A stretch of 64,000 nt of DNA. It comes from an uncultured Actinomyces sp. Its GTDB lineage: Bacteria; Actinomycetota; Actinomycetes; Actinomycetales; Actinomycetaceae. The translations under genes were made by a program, and so were the position numbers. Positions 20,156 through 30,232 of this stretch are shown in pieces. Below the pieces are notes generated by a model, which was not told where the DNA came from, did not search any database, and worked only from the letters and a program-made list of their open reading frames with translations. Each line of letters begins with the position of its first letter. Within the stretch, counting starts at the first letter, position 1. The stretch is taken from contig CAYFRL010000001.1 in assembly GCA_964345595.1 (NCBI GenBank), forward strand, positions 48,818 to 112,817, in the 5' to 3' direction.

Positions 20156-20647
20156 CTATAGGTCCCGCGCGCGCGTCCCCACAACCTGCAAAACCATTGT
20201 GCGGTGGGGGATGTTCGCATCGAGGAATTGCGGAGCGTCGTTAAGCTCATACCCGCAGGAGCGGTAGAATTCGATCGCTTGAACTTGAGAATCCAAAACT
20301 ATCAACGACGTTGACCCTTGCGGTGTTTCGTTGGCGATTATCTCGGCCGCGTGGACGATGATGGCTCTGCCCCAGCCTTGCCCTCGGTGCTGTCTAGCGA
20401 CGACAACTCTGCCCACATGGTACTCATTCGGCTGGATCCGTAAGATCCTGAGGGCCGCGACTGGCTGACCGGCGCTATTGGTCCCAAGTAAGTGAATCGT
20501 GGATGGCTGAAAATCTCTGGCGTCCACTTCCAACACGAAGGGCACCCCTTGTTCCGCCACAAACGTGTCTTGGCGCAGCCCGCTTGCCGCCGACCACAAA
20601 GGACTCTCTTCGCCACCAGAGAAGGTGTGGAAAGTAAGTTGACTCAC
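20156..20647 (-). CDS. GNAT family N-acetyltransferase
   Basis: 163 aa with acetyl-CoA motif VARQHRGQGWGRAII; 4-nt overlap with the upstream rluD-like gene. Confidence 0.75.
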   Translation of the reverse strand: MSQLTFHTFSGGEESPLWSAASGLRQDTFVAEQGVPFVLEVDARDFQPSTIHLLGTNSAGQPVAALRILRIQPNEYHVGRVVVARQHRGQGWGRAIIVHAAEIIANETPQGSTSLIVLDSQVQAIEFYRSCGYELNDAPQFLDANIPHRTMVLQVVGTRARDL

Positions 20648-21567
20648 GAGTTTCCCCTCAGCCTCTCAAGAGCGGTAACCAAGTCGGCGGGATGTGGCGC
20701 CTCAACCACCAAGAACTCCTCCGTGCTCGGGTGGGTAAAGCCAACGGAGTGCGCGTGCAACCATTGCCTTTCGAGTCCGAGCCTCTCAGCCTGCTTGGGA
20801 TCCGCCCCGTAGAAGACGTCACCTACGCAAGGGTGGCCCAGTGCCGCCATATGCACGCGAATCTGATGTGTCCGACCGGTCTCTAGTCCAATATGCAGAA
20901 GTGCTGCACCCGGCATTAGCTCGACAACGTCGTAGTGGGTGCGTGCGGGTTTCCCGCCGTCGAGAACCGCCATTCTCCACTGTCTGGAGGGATGTCTGCC
21001 GATCGGTGCGTCAACCGTTCCCCTGGTTGTTTGGGGGTGCCCGGAAACAACCGCGTGGTACTTCTTATCAACGGTCCGGTCACGAAAGGCTTGCTTCAGC
21101 ACCGAATACGCTCTCTCGGACTTGGCTACCATCATGGCACCCGACGTCCCGACATCAAGGCGCTGAACAATCCCTTGTCTTTCCGGTGGCCCCCCTGAGG
21201 CAATCCGAAATCCTGCTGCCTCAAGATTTCCCAGTACGGTCGGGCCGTCCCATCCCGGACCAGCGTGCGCGGCGACGCCGACCGGCTTGTTCACTACGAG
21301 CAGGTCCTGGTCGTCGTAGAGAATCTCCATGTCGGTTGTCGGAACAGAAGAGGAGGGCGAGGCGGCGGGGAGTTCGATGGTGAGCCAGTCGTTATTCTTA
21401 AGACGCGCAGACTTGGGCGGCGCAGCCCCGTTTACCAGCACAGCCCCGCTGCCGATCAGGTCTGAAGCCACCCCTCGAGAAAGACCAAGTAGCCGACAAA
21501 GAGCCGCATCTAGCCGCTCTCCAACGAGTCCTTCGGGGACCGGCAGCTCCCTCACCTCTACGTCCAA
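20644..21567 (-). CDS. RluA/RluD family pseudouridine synthase
   Basis: 307 aa; N-terminal S4-like region, catalytic HRLD-type VQRLDVGTSGAMMVAKS and GRTHQIRVH motifs. Confidence 0.85.
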   Translation of the reverse strand: MDVEVRELPVPEGLVGERLDAALCRLLGLSRGVASDLIGSGAVLVNGAAPPKSARLKNNDWLTIELPAASPSSSVPTTDMEILYDDQDLLVVNKPVGVAAHAGPGWDGPTVLGNLEAAGFRIASGGPPERQGIVQRLDVGTSGAMMVAKSERAYSVLKQAFRDRTVDKKYHAVVSGHPQTTRGTVDAPIGRHPSRQWRMAVLDGGKPARTHYDVVELMPGAALLHIGLETGRTHQIRVHMAALGHPCVGDVFYGADPKQAERLGLERQWLHAHSVGFTHPSTEEFLVVEAPHPADLVTALERLRGNS

Positions 21568-21577
21568 ATCCGTCTCC

Positions 21578-22108
21578 TTACCGGCCGCCGCGAGAGCCTT
21601 CGTCCTTTTTCAGCAGAGAATACAGTGCGAGTCCAATCGCCCCAACCACGATCCAGATGTCCGCAACATTTCCTACGAATAGTCCCCCGTAGTCCAGGAA
21701 ATCGATCACGTGTCCCCGAGCGAACCCGGGTGGTTGAGATAAGCGGTCGATCAGGTTCCCGACCGCCCCGCCAGCTAGCAGCCCGAGAAGCACAGCTAAC
21801 CACACGTCCTTGATCCCGCCTTTGGCTACCCACCAAAGAATGAGAACCACCACGAACGTCGCAATGATCGTGAATATCCACGTGCTTCCTTCACCGAAAG
21901 AAAAAGCTGCGCCTGGGTTTCGAAGAAGGCGCAAAGAAATTGGGCCGACGGATCCGCCCGCGGAACCGTCCTCCGGGAGGGCTTGAATCGCCCACGCCTT
22001 AGTCACCTGATCGAGAACAACGGCGACGGCGGTGACAATAAGTGTGATCCAGCCAAGGGGCCTACGGTTCGATGCGTCGCTAGTTTTCGCTGAGCCGTTT
22101 TCTGTCAA
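21578..22108 (-). CDS. lspA: Lipoprotein signal peptidase (signal peptidase II)
   Basis: 176 aa, four hydrophobic segments, NPGAAFSF and HVIDFLD motifs; TTG start preceded by GGAAGGGAAG. Confidence 0.85.
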   Translation of the reverse strand: MTENGSAKTSDASNRRPLGWITLIVTAVAVVLDQVTKAWAIQALPEDGSAGGSVGPISLRLLRNPGAAFSFGEGSTWIFTIIATFVVVLILWWVAKGGIKDVWLAVLLGLLAGGAVGNLIDRLSQPPGFARGHVIDFLDYGGLFVGNVADIWIVVGAIGLALYSLLKKDEGSRGGR

Positions 22109-22246
22109 GGCTTCCCTTCCTGGTCAGCACGCCACCCACTTGCTGGGCCATGCGAATTTCTAGGACTATGCAAGCATAGCCGAGCGGTGAAAACAGCCCG
22201 GGCTCATTCTGCGGTTCTTCAGTGATTACGAGCAGCGGACAAGCAA

Positions 22247-22274
22247 ATCGCCCCACCGTCGCGGGCGGGGCGAT
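22247..22274 (-). terminator. Hairpin downstream of divIVA
   Basis: ATCGCCCC (22247-22254) pairs with GGGGCGAT (22267-22274). On the minus strand it is followed by TTGCTTGT, a weak U-tract. Starts 18 nt after the divIVA stop. Confidence 0.4.
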
Positions 22275-22291
22275 GCTATTTGGGCAGCAGA

Positions 22292-22891
22292 TCAGCTGTC
22301 TATCTTCACTTCTCTGAGCAGGCTTTCGAGGTGGTCGGAGAGCGACTTCCGGTATTCGCCCTCGAATGTGCGAAGCTCATTGATCTTGCTTTCAAGCATT
22401 CCGCGCTCCTGCTCCAGTTCAGCCAAGATGCTGTTTCGCTTGGCCTCAGCATCTTGAACGATGCTGTCTCCTGTCGCACGCGCTTCGGCAATGATCCGAT
22501 CGCCCTCAGCGCGACCATCACCGACATACTCGTCGTGCAGGCGCTGCGCTAGAGCGAGCATGGAGGCGGCAGAAACAGTCTCGTCCGTTACCGCCGCTGC
22601 CTGGTCCGGAGCAGGCTCTGGTTCTGGTTCTGGCTCAACCTCAACGACGGTCTCTTCGACCACTTCCTGGGGGACGACTTCCTCGACCGGCGCACCGGAA
22701 GAGAGTTCAGCAATGCGCCTTTCCGCAGCGTCAAGTTTCTCTTTTAGTTCCCCGTTTTCAACCTGCAACGCATAGACGGTCGCAACTACTTCGTCGAGGA
22801 ACTCGTCAACCTCGACTTGGTCATAGCCCTCACGAAATTTGACGACCTGGAATTTCTTGTTCAGCACGTCTTCGGCTGTGAGTAGAGCCAT
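22292..22891 (-). CDS. divIVA: Cell-division/polar growth protein DivIVA (Wag31-like)
   Basis: 199 aa; canonical N-terminus MALLTAEDVLNKKFQVVKFREGYDQVEVDEFLDEV followed by coiled coil. Confidence 0.88.
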   Translation of the reverse strand: MALLTAEDVLNKKFQVVKFREGYDQVEVDEFLDEVVATVYALQVENGELKEKLDAAERRIAELSSGAPVEEVVPQEVVEETVVEVEPEPEPEPAPDQAAAVTDETVSAASMLALAQRLHDEYVGDGRAEGDRIIAEARATGDSIVQDAEAKRNSILAELEQERGMLESKINELRTFEGEYRKSLSDHLESLLREVKIDS

Positions 22892-23091
22892 CTGTCCACC
22901 TCATCGGTTCTCTGTGTTGACTGATTCAAATAGGTCCGTTAACGCTTCTAACGCTCAAAGCATATAACACGCCTTGTAATCCATGCACGGAGTTCAGTCA
23001 CATTACTCACATCTGCACCATCAATATTTCCAAGATTGACCGTGCGCAAGGAAGCTGAAGGCGAAGTTTTCATCAACAAGTTACGGCCCTA

Positions 23092-23397
23092 TCACCGCCC
23101 TGCCGCGATCAAGACCGGTCCCAATTGGCCCAAGAAAGCGACGGCCACGAACAGCACGATAAAGCCTACGTCGAGTGCGACATTTCCCAGCCGTAGCGGC
23201 GGGATGAACTTTCGGAGCCAGCGCAGTGGCGGGTCGGTAAGCGTGTAAACGAAGTTCGCCAAAACGAGCAAGAGTCCGCGCGGCTGCCAACGCGGAGCGA
23301 GGATCCGAGTCCAATCAAGCGCTACCCGCGCCAGCAAGACCAGCGTGTACGCAGACGTCAGGAAAGATAGGGCCGTACCTAGAATTACAAGAAGCAC
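23092..23397 (-). CDS. YggT family membrane protein
   Basis: 101 aa, two or three hydrophobic segments, LTDPPLRWLRKFIPP motif; conserved sepF-yggT-divIVA order. Confidence 0.7.
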   Translation of the reverse strand: MLLVILGTALSFLTSAYTLVLLARVALDWTRILAPRWQPRGLLLVLANFVYTLTDPPLRWLRKFIPPLRLGNVALDVGFIVLFVAVAFLGQLGPVLIAAGR

Positions 23398-23406
23398 AAA
23401 TGCATT

Positions 23407-23871
23407 CTACCGATAAGATGAGCCGCGATTGCTAGTTACGATGGTGTCGCGGGGCGATAGCAGGAAAACTCGGGTCGTGACTCTCTCGATTTCTCCTTGC
23501 AAACCGAACGTCAGACCGGCCGCGAAGTCGATAATGCGGCGAGCTTCCGCATCGTCCATGTCCGTGAGGTTCATAATAACCGGAATCCCGTCGCGAAATG
23601 ACTCTCCAACTCCAAGAGCGTCAGAGTAACTGCGTGGGTGGACCGTTGCGATGCGGCGGCGGTCATCCACACCGACTGCGATCGCCTCTTCGCGAACGCT
23701 GTAAGCTTTCCGAGTCACTTCTGTAGCCTCATCTTCCTGTTCAGCATGCTTTATGGCTGGGAACGGATACTCGTGGACTTCCGCCACCGATTCAGTTTCT
23801 TCGGCATAGACGTCTTCTTCGGGAACGCGCCATCCCATCTTCTCAAGCGCCCAGTTCAATCCCCCGGCCAT
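23407..23871 (-). CDS. sepF: Cell division protein SepF
   Basis: C-terminal SepF domain ([29 protein letters not shown]...[14 protein letters not shown]). ATG at 23871 follows a strong GAGGAGGG SD; the ORF track extends to 23889. Confidence 0.82.
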   Translation of the reverse strand: MAGGLNWALEKMGWRVPEEDVYAEETESVAEVHEYPFPAIKHAEQEDEATEVTRKAYSVREEAIAVGVDDRRRIATVHPRSYSDALGVGESFRDGIPVIMNLTDMDDAEARRIIDFAAGLTFGLQGEIERVTTRVFLLSPRDTIVTSNRGSSYR

Positions 23872-24012
23872 TGGCCCTCCTCTGTACATCCCTCAGCTAC
23901 CAGCGTTGAGTCCACCGTAAACGACAACTAATAGAATTCGAGGTAGCGGGCGTGGCATGTCGGCCAAAAATAGTAAGGGCAGTCGCGAGCTTAAACCGAT
24001 CCGCAACTCTTC

Positions 24013-25332
24013 CTACCGAAGAAAATCAGGAATATCCAAGTCGACCGGTTCGGTTTCGGCGTCCGTAAATATCCTCGGTTCCACAAAGGTGTCGCTATCT
24101 TTCTTCGACGGAGCAGGTTCGGTGGCGGGTTTGATGCGGATAGCACCTGTCCGTGTGGGGACTTGAGGTTCCGCCCGGTGCGCTGGCGCGGAAGCGGCGG
24201 GAGCCGAGGCCACTGGCGGTGTCGGTGCCTGCGGCGCCGGTTCTGCCGCCGGAACCGCTGCGGGCGCGGATAGCGGGGCCGTAGCTGGCCTGCTCTTGGG
24301 AACCGAATCTCCCACGGGCTCTGGTGATGGCTTACCAGCAGCCGCGGGAAGTCCGGAATCGGCTACCTTCTGGGCGTCAAAGCCAGCGGCAATAACGGTG
24401 ATCCGGAACTCATCTCCGAGCGAATCGTCGTACACGTGTCCAAAGATGATGTTGGCCGACGGATGGCTTGCTTCTTGAACCAGCGTGATTGCCTCGTTGA
24501 CCTCTTGCAAAGCCAAGTTGGAGCTGCCCTGCACAAACACCAGAACCCCGTGTGCTCCATCAATGGAGGCTTCCAATAGCGGTGAAGACACCGCTGTTTC
24601 TACGGCGCGCAGCGCACGATCTTCTCCGGTTGCAGCTCCCATGCCCATGAGCGCGGAACCTGCATCTTGCATAACCGACTTCACGTCGTTGAAGTCAACA
24701 TTCACAATTCCAGGTGTTGTGATCAGTTCAGTGATTCCCTGAACACCGGAAAGCAGAACCTGATCGGCTGCGCGGAAAGCGTCCAAGACGGAGATGTTTT
24801 TGTCGGAGATTTCGAGCAGCCGGTCATTCGGGATAACGATGAGCGTATCGACTTCTTTGGCCAGGTCAGCAATTCCCGCCTCGGCCTGTGCGCTGCGCCG
24901 ATTGCCTTCGAATCCAAACGGGCGCGTCACGACACCGACGGTTAGTGCCCCCAGCTCCCTAGCAGTCCGCGCAACCACGGGGGCGCCGCCTGTACCGGTG
25001 CCACCACCTTCGCCAGCGGTGACGAAGACCATGTCTGCGCCTTCAAGACTTTCCGAGATCTCATCGACGTGATCTTCGGCGGCTTTTCTCCCCACATTTG
25101 GGTCGGCACCAGCCCCTAAACCGTGGGTGAGTTCGCGGCCAATGTCGAGCTTCGTCTCTGCGTCCGACATGAGCAGTGCCTGCGCATCGGTGTTGATCGC
25201 GATAAACTCGACGCCCTTCAACCCGACTTCGATCATTCGGTTGACAGCGTTCACACCGCCGCCACCTACGCCAGCGACTTTGATTACTGCCAGATGGTTC
25301 TGCGGAGTTGCCACTCGTCCCCCTGATGCCAA
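24013..25332 (-). CDS. ftsZ: Cell division GTPase FtsZ
   Basis: Tubulin signature [13 protein letters not shown]; long Pro/Ala-rich linker; conserved C-terminal peptide DIPDFLR. The start could be the TTG at 25332 or the GTG at 25314. Confidence 0.95.
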   Translation of the reverse strand: MASGGRVATPQNHLAVIKVAGVGGGGVNAVNRMIEVGLKGVEFIAINTDAQALLMSDAETKLDIGRELTHGLGAGADPNVGRKAAEDHVDEISESLEGADMVFVTAGEGGGTGTGGAPVVARTARELGALTVGVVTRPFGFEGNRRSAQAEAGIADLAKEVDTLIVIPNDRLLEISDKNISVLDAFRAADQVLLSGVQGITELITTPGIVNVDFNDVKSVMQDAGSALMGMGAATGEDRALRAVETAVSSPLLEASIDGAHGVLVFVQGSSNLALQEVNEAITLVQEASHPSANIIFGHVYDDSLGDEFRITVIAAGFDAQKVADSGLPAAAGKPSPEPVGDSVPKSRPATAPLSAPAAVPAAEPAPQAPTPPVASAPAASAPAHRAEPQVPTRTGAIRIKPATEPAPSKKDSDTFVEPRIFTDAETEPVDLDIPDFLR

Positions 25333-25447
25333 TCCTCAACCTCTACTTGAAGGTCAAAGCTACGGTCTTTCTTTGCGCCTTGAAAGTAGTGGGAGCACGA
25401 CAGTTAGACAAGGCTATCGGTAGGTGTGTCGAAGAAACAGAAAAGTA

Positions 25448-26419
25448 CTACCTGGTGGAGGGCCTATTTGGAGTCGACACATCGTATGTCTGTGCTTCTC
25501 TCTCACTCAGCAGCAATTGAAGAACTTGACTCTTAAACTCGGTCTGACTCTCGTCCCCCCAAATGACGGAAGCGCCGTTCATCAGGGTAAATCCCAGTGT
25601 CGTTCCCTGCAAACTTATTGAAGCAATCTCTTGGCGCAGTTCAATGGGCAAGTCGGCCCACACAGTGAGGACTTCCTCGATCTGGGTGCCGGTAGCCGAA
25701 CCGGCATCACCCGCTTTCACGACCGGCAGGCCATCCGGGGTGGTTTCGGTCGTAAACACGGCCACTCCATCCTCCGCCACACACTGGTATCCGTCTTTCG
25801 TTTCGACCGCAATCACTGCGACTCTCGGAGTAAGTTCCGCGCTCAAGCCGCCGGGCCAAAGGCGACTCACAGTCGCGTCCGCGACCTGAGGATTCTCCAT
25901 TAGGGAATCCGCGACCGCGCCTGTATCAACCCGCAGTAGGGGTGTTCCGACCTCGCGCAGCAAGCGGCTCCGGGCAAAGTCTGTATCCAGATCTTCGCCA
26001 CTTCGCACGCTCACCTGTAGAGAATCTTCTCTCACGGAAAGCAGTGAGGAAAAACCGACGACCCACACAAGCGCTACCAGAGCGACAATCCCCATCCCCC
26101 ACCACATGGCAGTCCGAAGAGCCAACGCTCGCTTTGCCCGCCGGCGTTCCCTGCGCCGTTGGCTCACCTGGTTCGGAGCAAGGATTCGAGGCGCGATAGC
26201 GTTTGCCCTATTGGCAGCAGGGGACGTTTGTGCGTCGGGTACGTGCCCGGAATCAGTAGTCCGGGAGGCGGTTTCATTCTCGGTACCCACTCCTGCTTCT
26301 TTCGCAGATTCCCGAGAGGCGACTGAACCGTGAGGCCGTGCCCCTCTTCTCCGATCCGCGTTTGTGGGCGGATGCGGCTTATCTGTTCGGGGGGCGCGCG
26401 GTGGAACGGGAGGTTTCAC
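25448..26419 (-). CDS. ftsQ: Cell division protein FtsQ (POTRA-containing)
   Basis: 323 aa: basic/Pro-rich cytoplasmic N-terminus, one TM (WWGMGIVALVALVWVVGF), then a POTRA/FtsQ periplasmic domain; 4-nt overlap with murC. Confidence 0.8.
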   Translation of the reverse strand: MKPPVPPRAPRTDKPHPPTNADRRRGARPHGSVASRESAKEAGVGTENETASRTTDSGHVPDAQTSPAANRANAIAPRILAPNQVSQRRRERRRAKRALALRTAMWWGMGIVALVALVWVVGFSSLLSVREDSLQVSVRSGEDLDTDFARSRLLREVGTPLLRVDTGAVADSLMENPQVADATVSRLWPGGLSAELTPRVAVIAVETKDGYQCVAEDGVAVFTTETTPDGLPVVKAGDAGSATGTQIEEVLTVWADLPIELRQEIASISLQGTTLGFTLMNGASVIWGDESQTEFKSQVLQLLLSEREAQTYDVSTPNRPSTR

Positions 26420-27819
26420 GCGGTCTCCCAGTAGGCAAGAGCTGCCTGAGCTCCCTGATTGATATCTCCCGCACCGATGAGGATCAGCAGGTCACCCGGA
26501 CCGGTGCACTTAGCCCCGCGCAACGCGGACTCGGTGGGGCTTTCTCCGGGCATGTACTGAGCGGCAAGTCCGCGAGTCAGCATTTCCTGTTCGATCAGGC
26601 CGCTTGTCACGCCTTCGACGGGATCTTCGCGCGCCGCAAAGATTTCGGCAAGGATGACCTCGTCCGCAGCTGTTAGCGCGCCCGCAAAACGCTCCGCAAA
26701 GTTCGCGGTCCTTGAGTACAAGTGCGGTTGAAAAACTGCAACGACCCGTCCCGATCCGACCACCAGCCGAGCCTGGCGCAGCGCTGCTTCAATCTCAGTG
26801 GGGTGGTGTGCGTAGTCAACAACGACGCGCCTGCCCGCGGCTTCTCCCCGCAACTCGAACCGGCGACCCGCACCGGTGAAGGTTCCCAGTGCCTCGGCAA
26901 AACTCCGCGGATCTGCCCCCAAAGAAACTCCCGCTGCCCAAGCTCCCGCAGCGTTCAGCAAGTTGTGTTCGCCTGTCACCTGCAGGCGCAAAGTAAACTC
27001 AGCTCCGGGCGCCCGCTTCATCCGCAGCGTGGCCCTCGCCCCGTCCTTGGTTACCCGCGAATCTCCGATCGATATATCCGGACTAATAGCCGGGGAAACC
27101 CGCCCGTAAGTCAACACGTCGATATCTTCCAGTTCTTGGCGAGCACGCAACGCGAGGCGCGCGCTACCCTGGTCCTCTGCACAGCAGACCAGCGTTCCAC
27201 CGGGCCTGATTCGACTGGCAAATTGGAAGAAGACGTCTTCGAAAGACTCGATCGAACCAAAGTGATCCAGGTGGTCTGCCTCAATGTTCGTAACGACGGC
27301 AACCGATGGCCGGTAGTTGAGGAACGAGCCGTCCGATTCGTCCGCTTCGGCGACGAAAATATCCCCGTCGCCAAGGAGCGCCCCGGAATCCAGACCCAAG
27401 ATGGGCCCCCCGATCGCGCACGAGGGAGATACACCTGTCGCGTAGAGTGCCTGAGTGAGCATAGCGGAAGTGGTGGTTTTGCCATGAGCGCCTGCGACGG
27501 CGACAAACCGCTTCTGTCTGGCAGCTAGCGCCAGTGCCTCGGACCTATGGATGACGCGCTGCCCGCGCTTGCGAGCTCTTTCCAGTTCCGGGTTGCCCTC
27601 GCGAACGGCCGAAGAAATCACCACCACCGCGTCTGCCGGGACTTGGCCGGGGTGGTGGCCTCCGTGCGCGGTTATCCCCCGCCCGCGAAGGCGCTTCAAA
27701 ACGGCGGACTCAAGGCGATCAGACCCGCTTACCTCCATTCCTTCTTGGAAAAGGATCTCAGCGACAACCGACATACCAGCGCCACCGATTCCGATGAAAT
27801 GGTACTTATCGGACATCAA
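26416..27819 (-). CDS. murC: UDP-N-acetylmuramate--L-alanine ligase
   Basis: 467 aa; GIGGAGMS N-terminus and Mur ligase P-loop GAHGKTTTSAM. Confidence 0.93.
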   Translation of the reverse strand: MMSDKYHFIGIGGAGMSVVAEILFQEGMEVSGSDRLESAVLKRLRGRGITAHGGHHPGQVPADAVVVISSAVREGNPELERARKRGQRVIHRSEALALAARQKRFVAVAGAHGKTTTSAMLTQALYATGVSPSCAIGGPILGLDSGALLGDGDIFVAEADESDGSFLNYRPSVAVVTNIEADHLDHFGSIESFEDVFFQFASRIRPGGTLVCCAEDQGSARLALRARQELEDIDVLTYGRVSPAISPDISIGDSRVTKDGARATLRMKRAPGAEFTLRLQVTGEHNLLNAAGAWAAGVSLGADPRSFAEALGTFTGAGRRFELRGEAAGRRVVVDYAHHPTEIEAALRQARLVVGSGRVVAVFQPHLYSRTANFAERFAGALTAADEVILAEIFAAREDPVEGVTSGLIEQEMLTRGLAAQYMPGESPTESALRGAKCTGPGDLLILIGAGDINQGAQAALAYWETA

Positions 27820-28921
27820 GAGCCACCCTTCGCGCTAAGTCCACCACCGGAACAGTTCCATCCCCCACACTGCTTTCAAGGGCGCTCGCAGCCATCTTCT
27901 GTAATCGATCGGAGTTTGTCAGAAGGGGAAAAAGTTCGTTTCTCACAACCGACTGATCAAACTTCGAGTCTTCAACCATTAGGGCACCCCCGACGCTCAG
28001 CGCCCCCGCAGCGTTTAGTCTCTGTTCCCCGTTCCCTATCGGGAGGGGAACGTAAAAGGCTGGGATACCGAGTGCGGAAAGCTCTGCGACTGTTCCCGCA
28101 CCCGCGCGGCAGAGAACCAAATCTGCCACCGCCAGCGCGTCTTCCATTGCGTCAAGATACTCCAACACTAGCCAGCGGTCCCGCACAGATTCAGGTAGAC
28201 CGGTTCGCACCTCGCGGTCCTTTCCCTGACCGGTGATGTGTACAACCTGACATCCGCTTGGCAGGTGGACAGATGCCTCGGTCATCACCTGATTAAGGCG
28301 TGCAGCCCCAAGAGAACCGCCGGTAATAATTAGCGTGTGCAGGGAGGTGTCAAGCCCAAGCCTCGTAGCGGCCGCCTGCCGCGCAGCAAGTGCGCCCGAC
28401 TTGGTTGCCCGCGCATCGACGAGCTGCGCTATTCTTTTCCGCAGAGGTAATCCGGTCGTCTCGGTGATACCCTTCTTCGCCTCGAGCTTAGTTCCCGGGA
28501 AGGTCACCGCGACGGCAGCCGCGTACCGCGCTCCGAGCCGATTAGCCAAGCCTGGGCGGGCATTTTGCTCTTGGATCACAAACGGTACGCCCGCGCTTTT
28601 GGCGGCGAAGTAGGCAGGAAGAGCGACGTAGCCACCGAAACCAATCACCACGGACGATCTTTGAATTTGTTCACGCGCTATCCGCTGGGCGCGCGCTAGG
28701 CGTCTGGGCAGGGTTAACAGGTCAGCTGAAGGCTTCCTGGGCAAAGGAACTTTGGGCATGACGGTGAGCGGGAAACCTGCCTCTGGAACCAGCCTAGCTT
28801 CCAAGCCTTCGCTGGTGCCCAAGACGTGCACTTCAAAACCTTGCAGTCGGAGCTCAGCTGCAACCGCAAGGAGTGGATTCACATGCCCGGCTGTCCCACC
28901 GCCAGCAAGGACAACCCTCAT
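27806..28921 (-). CDS. murG: UDP-GlcNAc:lipid I GlcNAc transferase MurG
   Basis: MRVVLAGGGTAGHVNPLL N-terminus. ATG at 28921 lies 9 nt after GGAGA; the ORF track extends to the GTG at 28975. Confidence 0.9.
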   Translation of the reverse strand: MRVVLAGGGTAGHVNPLLAVAAELRLQGFEVHVLGTSEGLEARLVPEAGFPLTVMPKVPLPRKPSADLLTLPRRLARAQRIAREQIQRSSVVIGFGGYVALPAYFAAKSAGVPFVIQEQNARPGLANRLGARYAAAVAVTFPGTKLEAKKGITETTGLPLRKRIAQLVDARATKSGALAARQAAATRLGLDTSLHTLIITGGSLGAARLNQVMTEASVHLPSGCQVVHITGQGKDREVRTGLPESVRDRWLVLEYLDAMEDALAVADLVLCRAGAGTVAELSALGIPAFYVPLPIGNGEQRLNAAGALSVGGALMVEDSKFDQSVVRNELFPLLTNSDRLQKMAASALESSVGDGTVPVVDLARRVALDVR

Positions 28922-28978
28922 CTTGGCCATTCTCCATACTTTCGTTGCGCCGCAGAACTCTTCACTCTGTTTCACCGC

Positions 28979-30232
28979 TCATTTTCGGTGGCGGCGAACC
29001 GGGTCGCGCCGTGCAGTTTCGCGCGGGTCGCGACTGCCCGTGTCGTGGCGAGTCTTTCGCCTGCCCAGCAGACCGGCTTCATCACCAGCGAACGAAAGTA
29101 CTACGCCGATAGCCATAGCTGTAAATAGGAACGCCGATCCGCCGTAGGACACAAGGGGGAACGGCACTCCGATCACCGGTGTCAGTCCTGTTACTGTGCC
29201 AATATTGATGAACCCTTGGAACATCAGCCAGGCCGCGATCGCCCCTGATGCGATGCGCACAAAACTGTCATGGGTGTGGCTAGCGAGCCTTAAGATGCCC
29301 CAGACAAGTACGCCCAGCGTGATCAGCAGGGTAAGGGTGCCGATCAACCCGAACTCTTCCCCAACTATCGCCAAAATGAAATCAGTTTCGGCTTCTTGCA
29401 GGTAGTTCCATTTGGCTCGAGACGCGCCGGGGCCAAGGCCCACCAGGCCGCCCGACCCAAGCGCCCATAAGCCCTGCGCTTCTTGAGTGGGAGCTGAGGG
29501 ATCTGGCGCGGTGCCAAAGCCCGGGAGCATCTCCAAGACCCTTCGGGCCCTGGAATCGCTCACGGCGACGAAAAAAGCTCCCAAACCTCCAAAGGCGATC
29601 CCAAGCATAAGGAACCACTTGCCTGGGGCCCCAGCCATCCAAAGGGCACCGAGAAAGATCGCAACGAAAATAAGAGCAGTTCCCATGTCGTGGCCAAGCA
29701 TCACGGCCCCCATGGCTAGCAGCGCGGGAATCCCAGCACCAATCATGACGGCTTTCCAGTTGTCGACCCTGCGCCCAAGATTTGCGAGCACTTTTGCCAA
29801 AACCAAGCATGTTGCCAGTTTGAGGAATTCCGACGGCTGAATCATCTGGTTTATGACCGGGATTCTCAGCCAGTTCTGGTTCCCGCCCTGGGCCTCGCCA
29901 AACGGAACGACGGCGGCCTGGAACAACAGCGCAAAAGCGAAGATCCAGCCGGCCCACCGACGCCAAAAGGACGGATGGAATCGGGAGGCCACGAAGGCGA
30001 TGACTAACGAGAACCCAACTATTAGTATGTTGCGACTGAACGCCATATAAGGATTAAGATCGGCCGAAATGTTGTGAACCGCGGTCGCTGAGAAAGTCAT
30101 GATGACCCCGAACAAGGCCAGCATGAGCGCAGAAACCAAAATCATGTAGTAGGTAGCTACGGGAGAATACGCCGATTCTTTACTTTCGTCGCGAGAGACC
30201 CGTATACGGGGCAACTTCTCTTTTATGCTCAC
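28979..30232 (-). CDS. ftsW: Peptidoglycan glycosyltransferase FtsW (SEDS family)
   Basis: 417 aa polytopic membrane protein with SEDS motifs (PSEFLK, TDFILAIVGEEFG, GVPFPLVSYGGSA). Confidence 0.9.
   Translation of the reverse strand: MSIKEKLPRIRVSRDESKESAYSPVATYYMILVSALMLALFGVIMTFSATAVHNISADLNPYMAFSRNILIVGFSLVIAFVASRFHPSFWRRWAGWIFAFALLFQAAVVPFGEAQGGNQNWLRIPVINQMIQPSEFLKLATCLVLAKVLANLGRRVDNWKAVMIGAGIPALLAMGAVMLGHDMGTALIFVAIFLGALWMAGAPGKWFLMLGIAFGGLGAFFVAVSDSRARRVLEMLPGFGTAPDPSAPTQEAQGLWALGSGGLVGLGPGASRAKWNYLQEAETDFILAIVGEEFGLIGTLTLLITLGVLVWGILRLASHTHDSFVRIASGAIAAWLMFQGFINIGTVTGLTPVIGVPFPLVSYGGSAFLFTAMAIGVVLSFAGDEAGLLGRRKTRHDTGSRDPRETARRDPVRRHRK

Noticed and set aside
22892-23091. AT-richer 200-nt spacer between yggT and divIVA, examined for a small ORF or ncRNA
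   Set aside because: No ORF with an RBS, no stable hairpin/terminator pair and no repeat were found. It is most simply the divIVA promoter region.
27547-28236. Long plus-strand ORF (229 aa) antisense to murC/murG. Similar shadow ORFs occur at 1378-2043, 26722-27528, 33682-34419, 42228-42887, 48849-49430, 57833-58603 and 62972-63847
   Set aside because: These are typical high-GC antisense shadow frames: Arg/Pro/Ser/Ala-rich low-complexity translations with no RBS. Each fully overlaps a confidently identified gene on the other strand.
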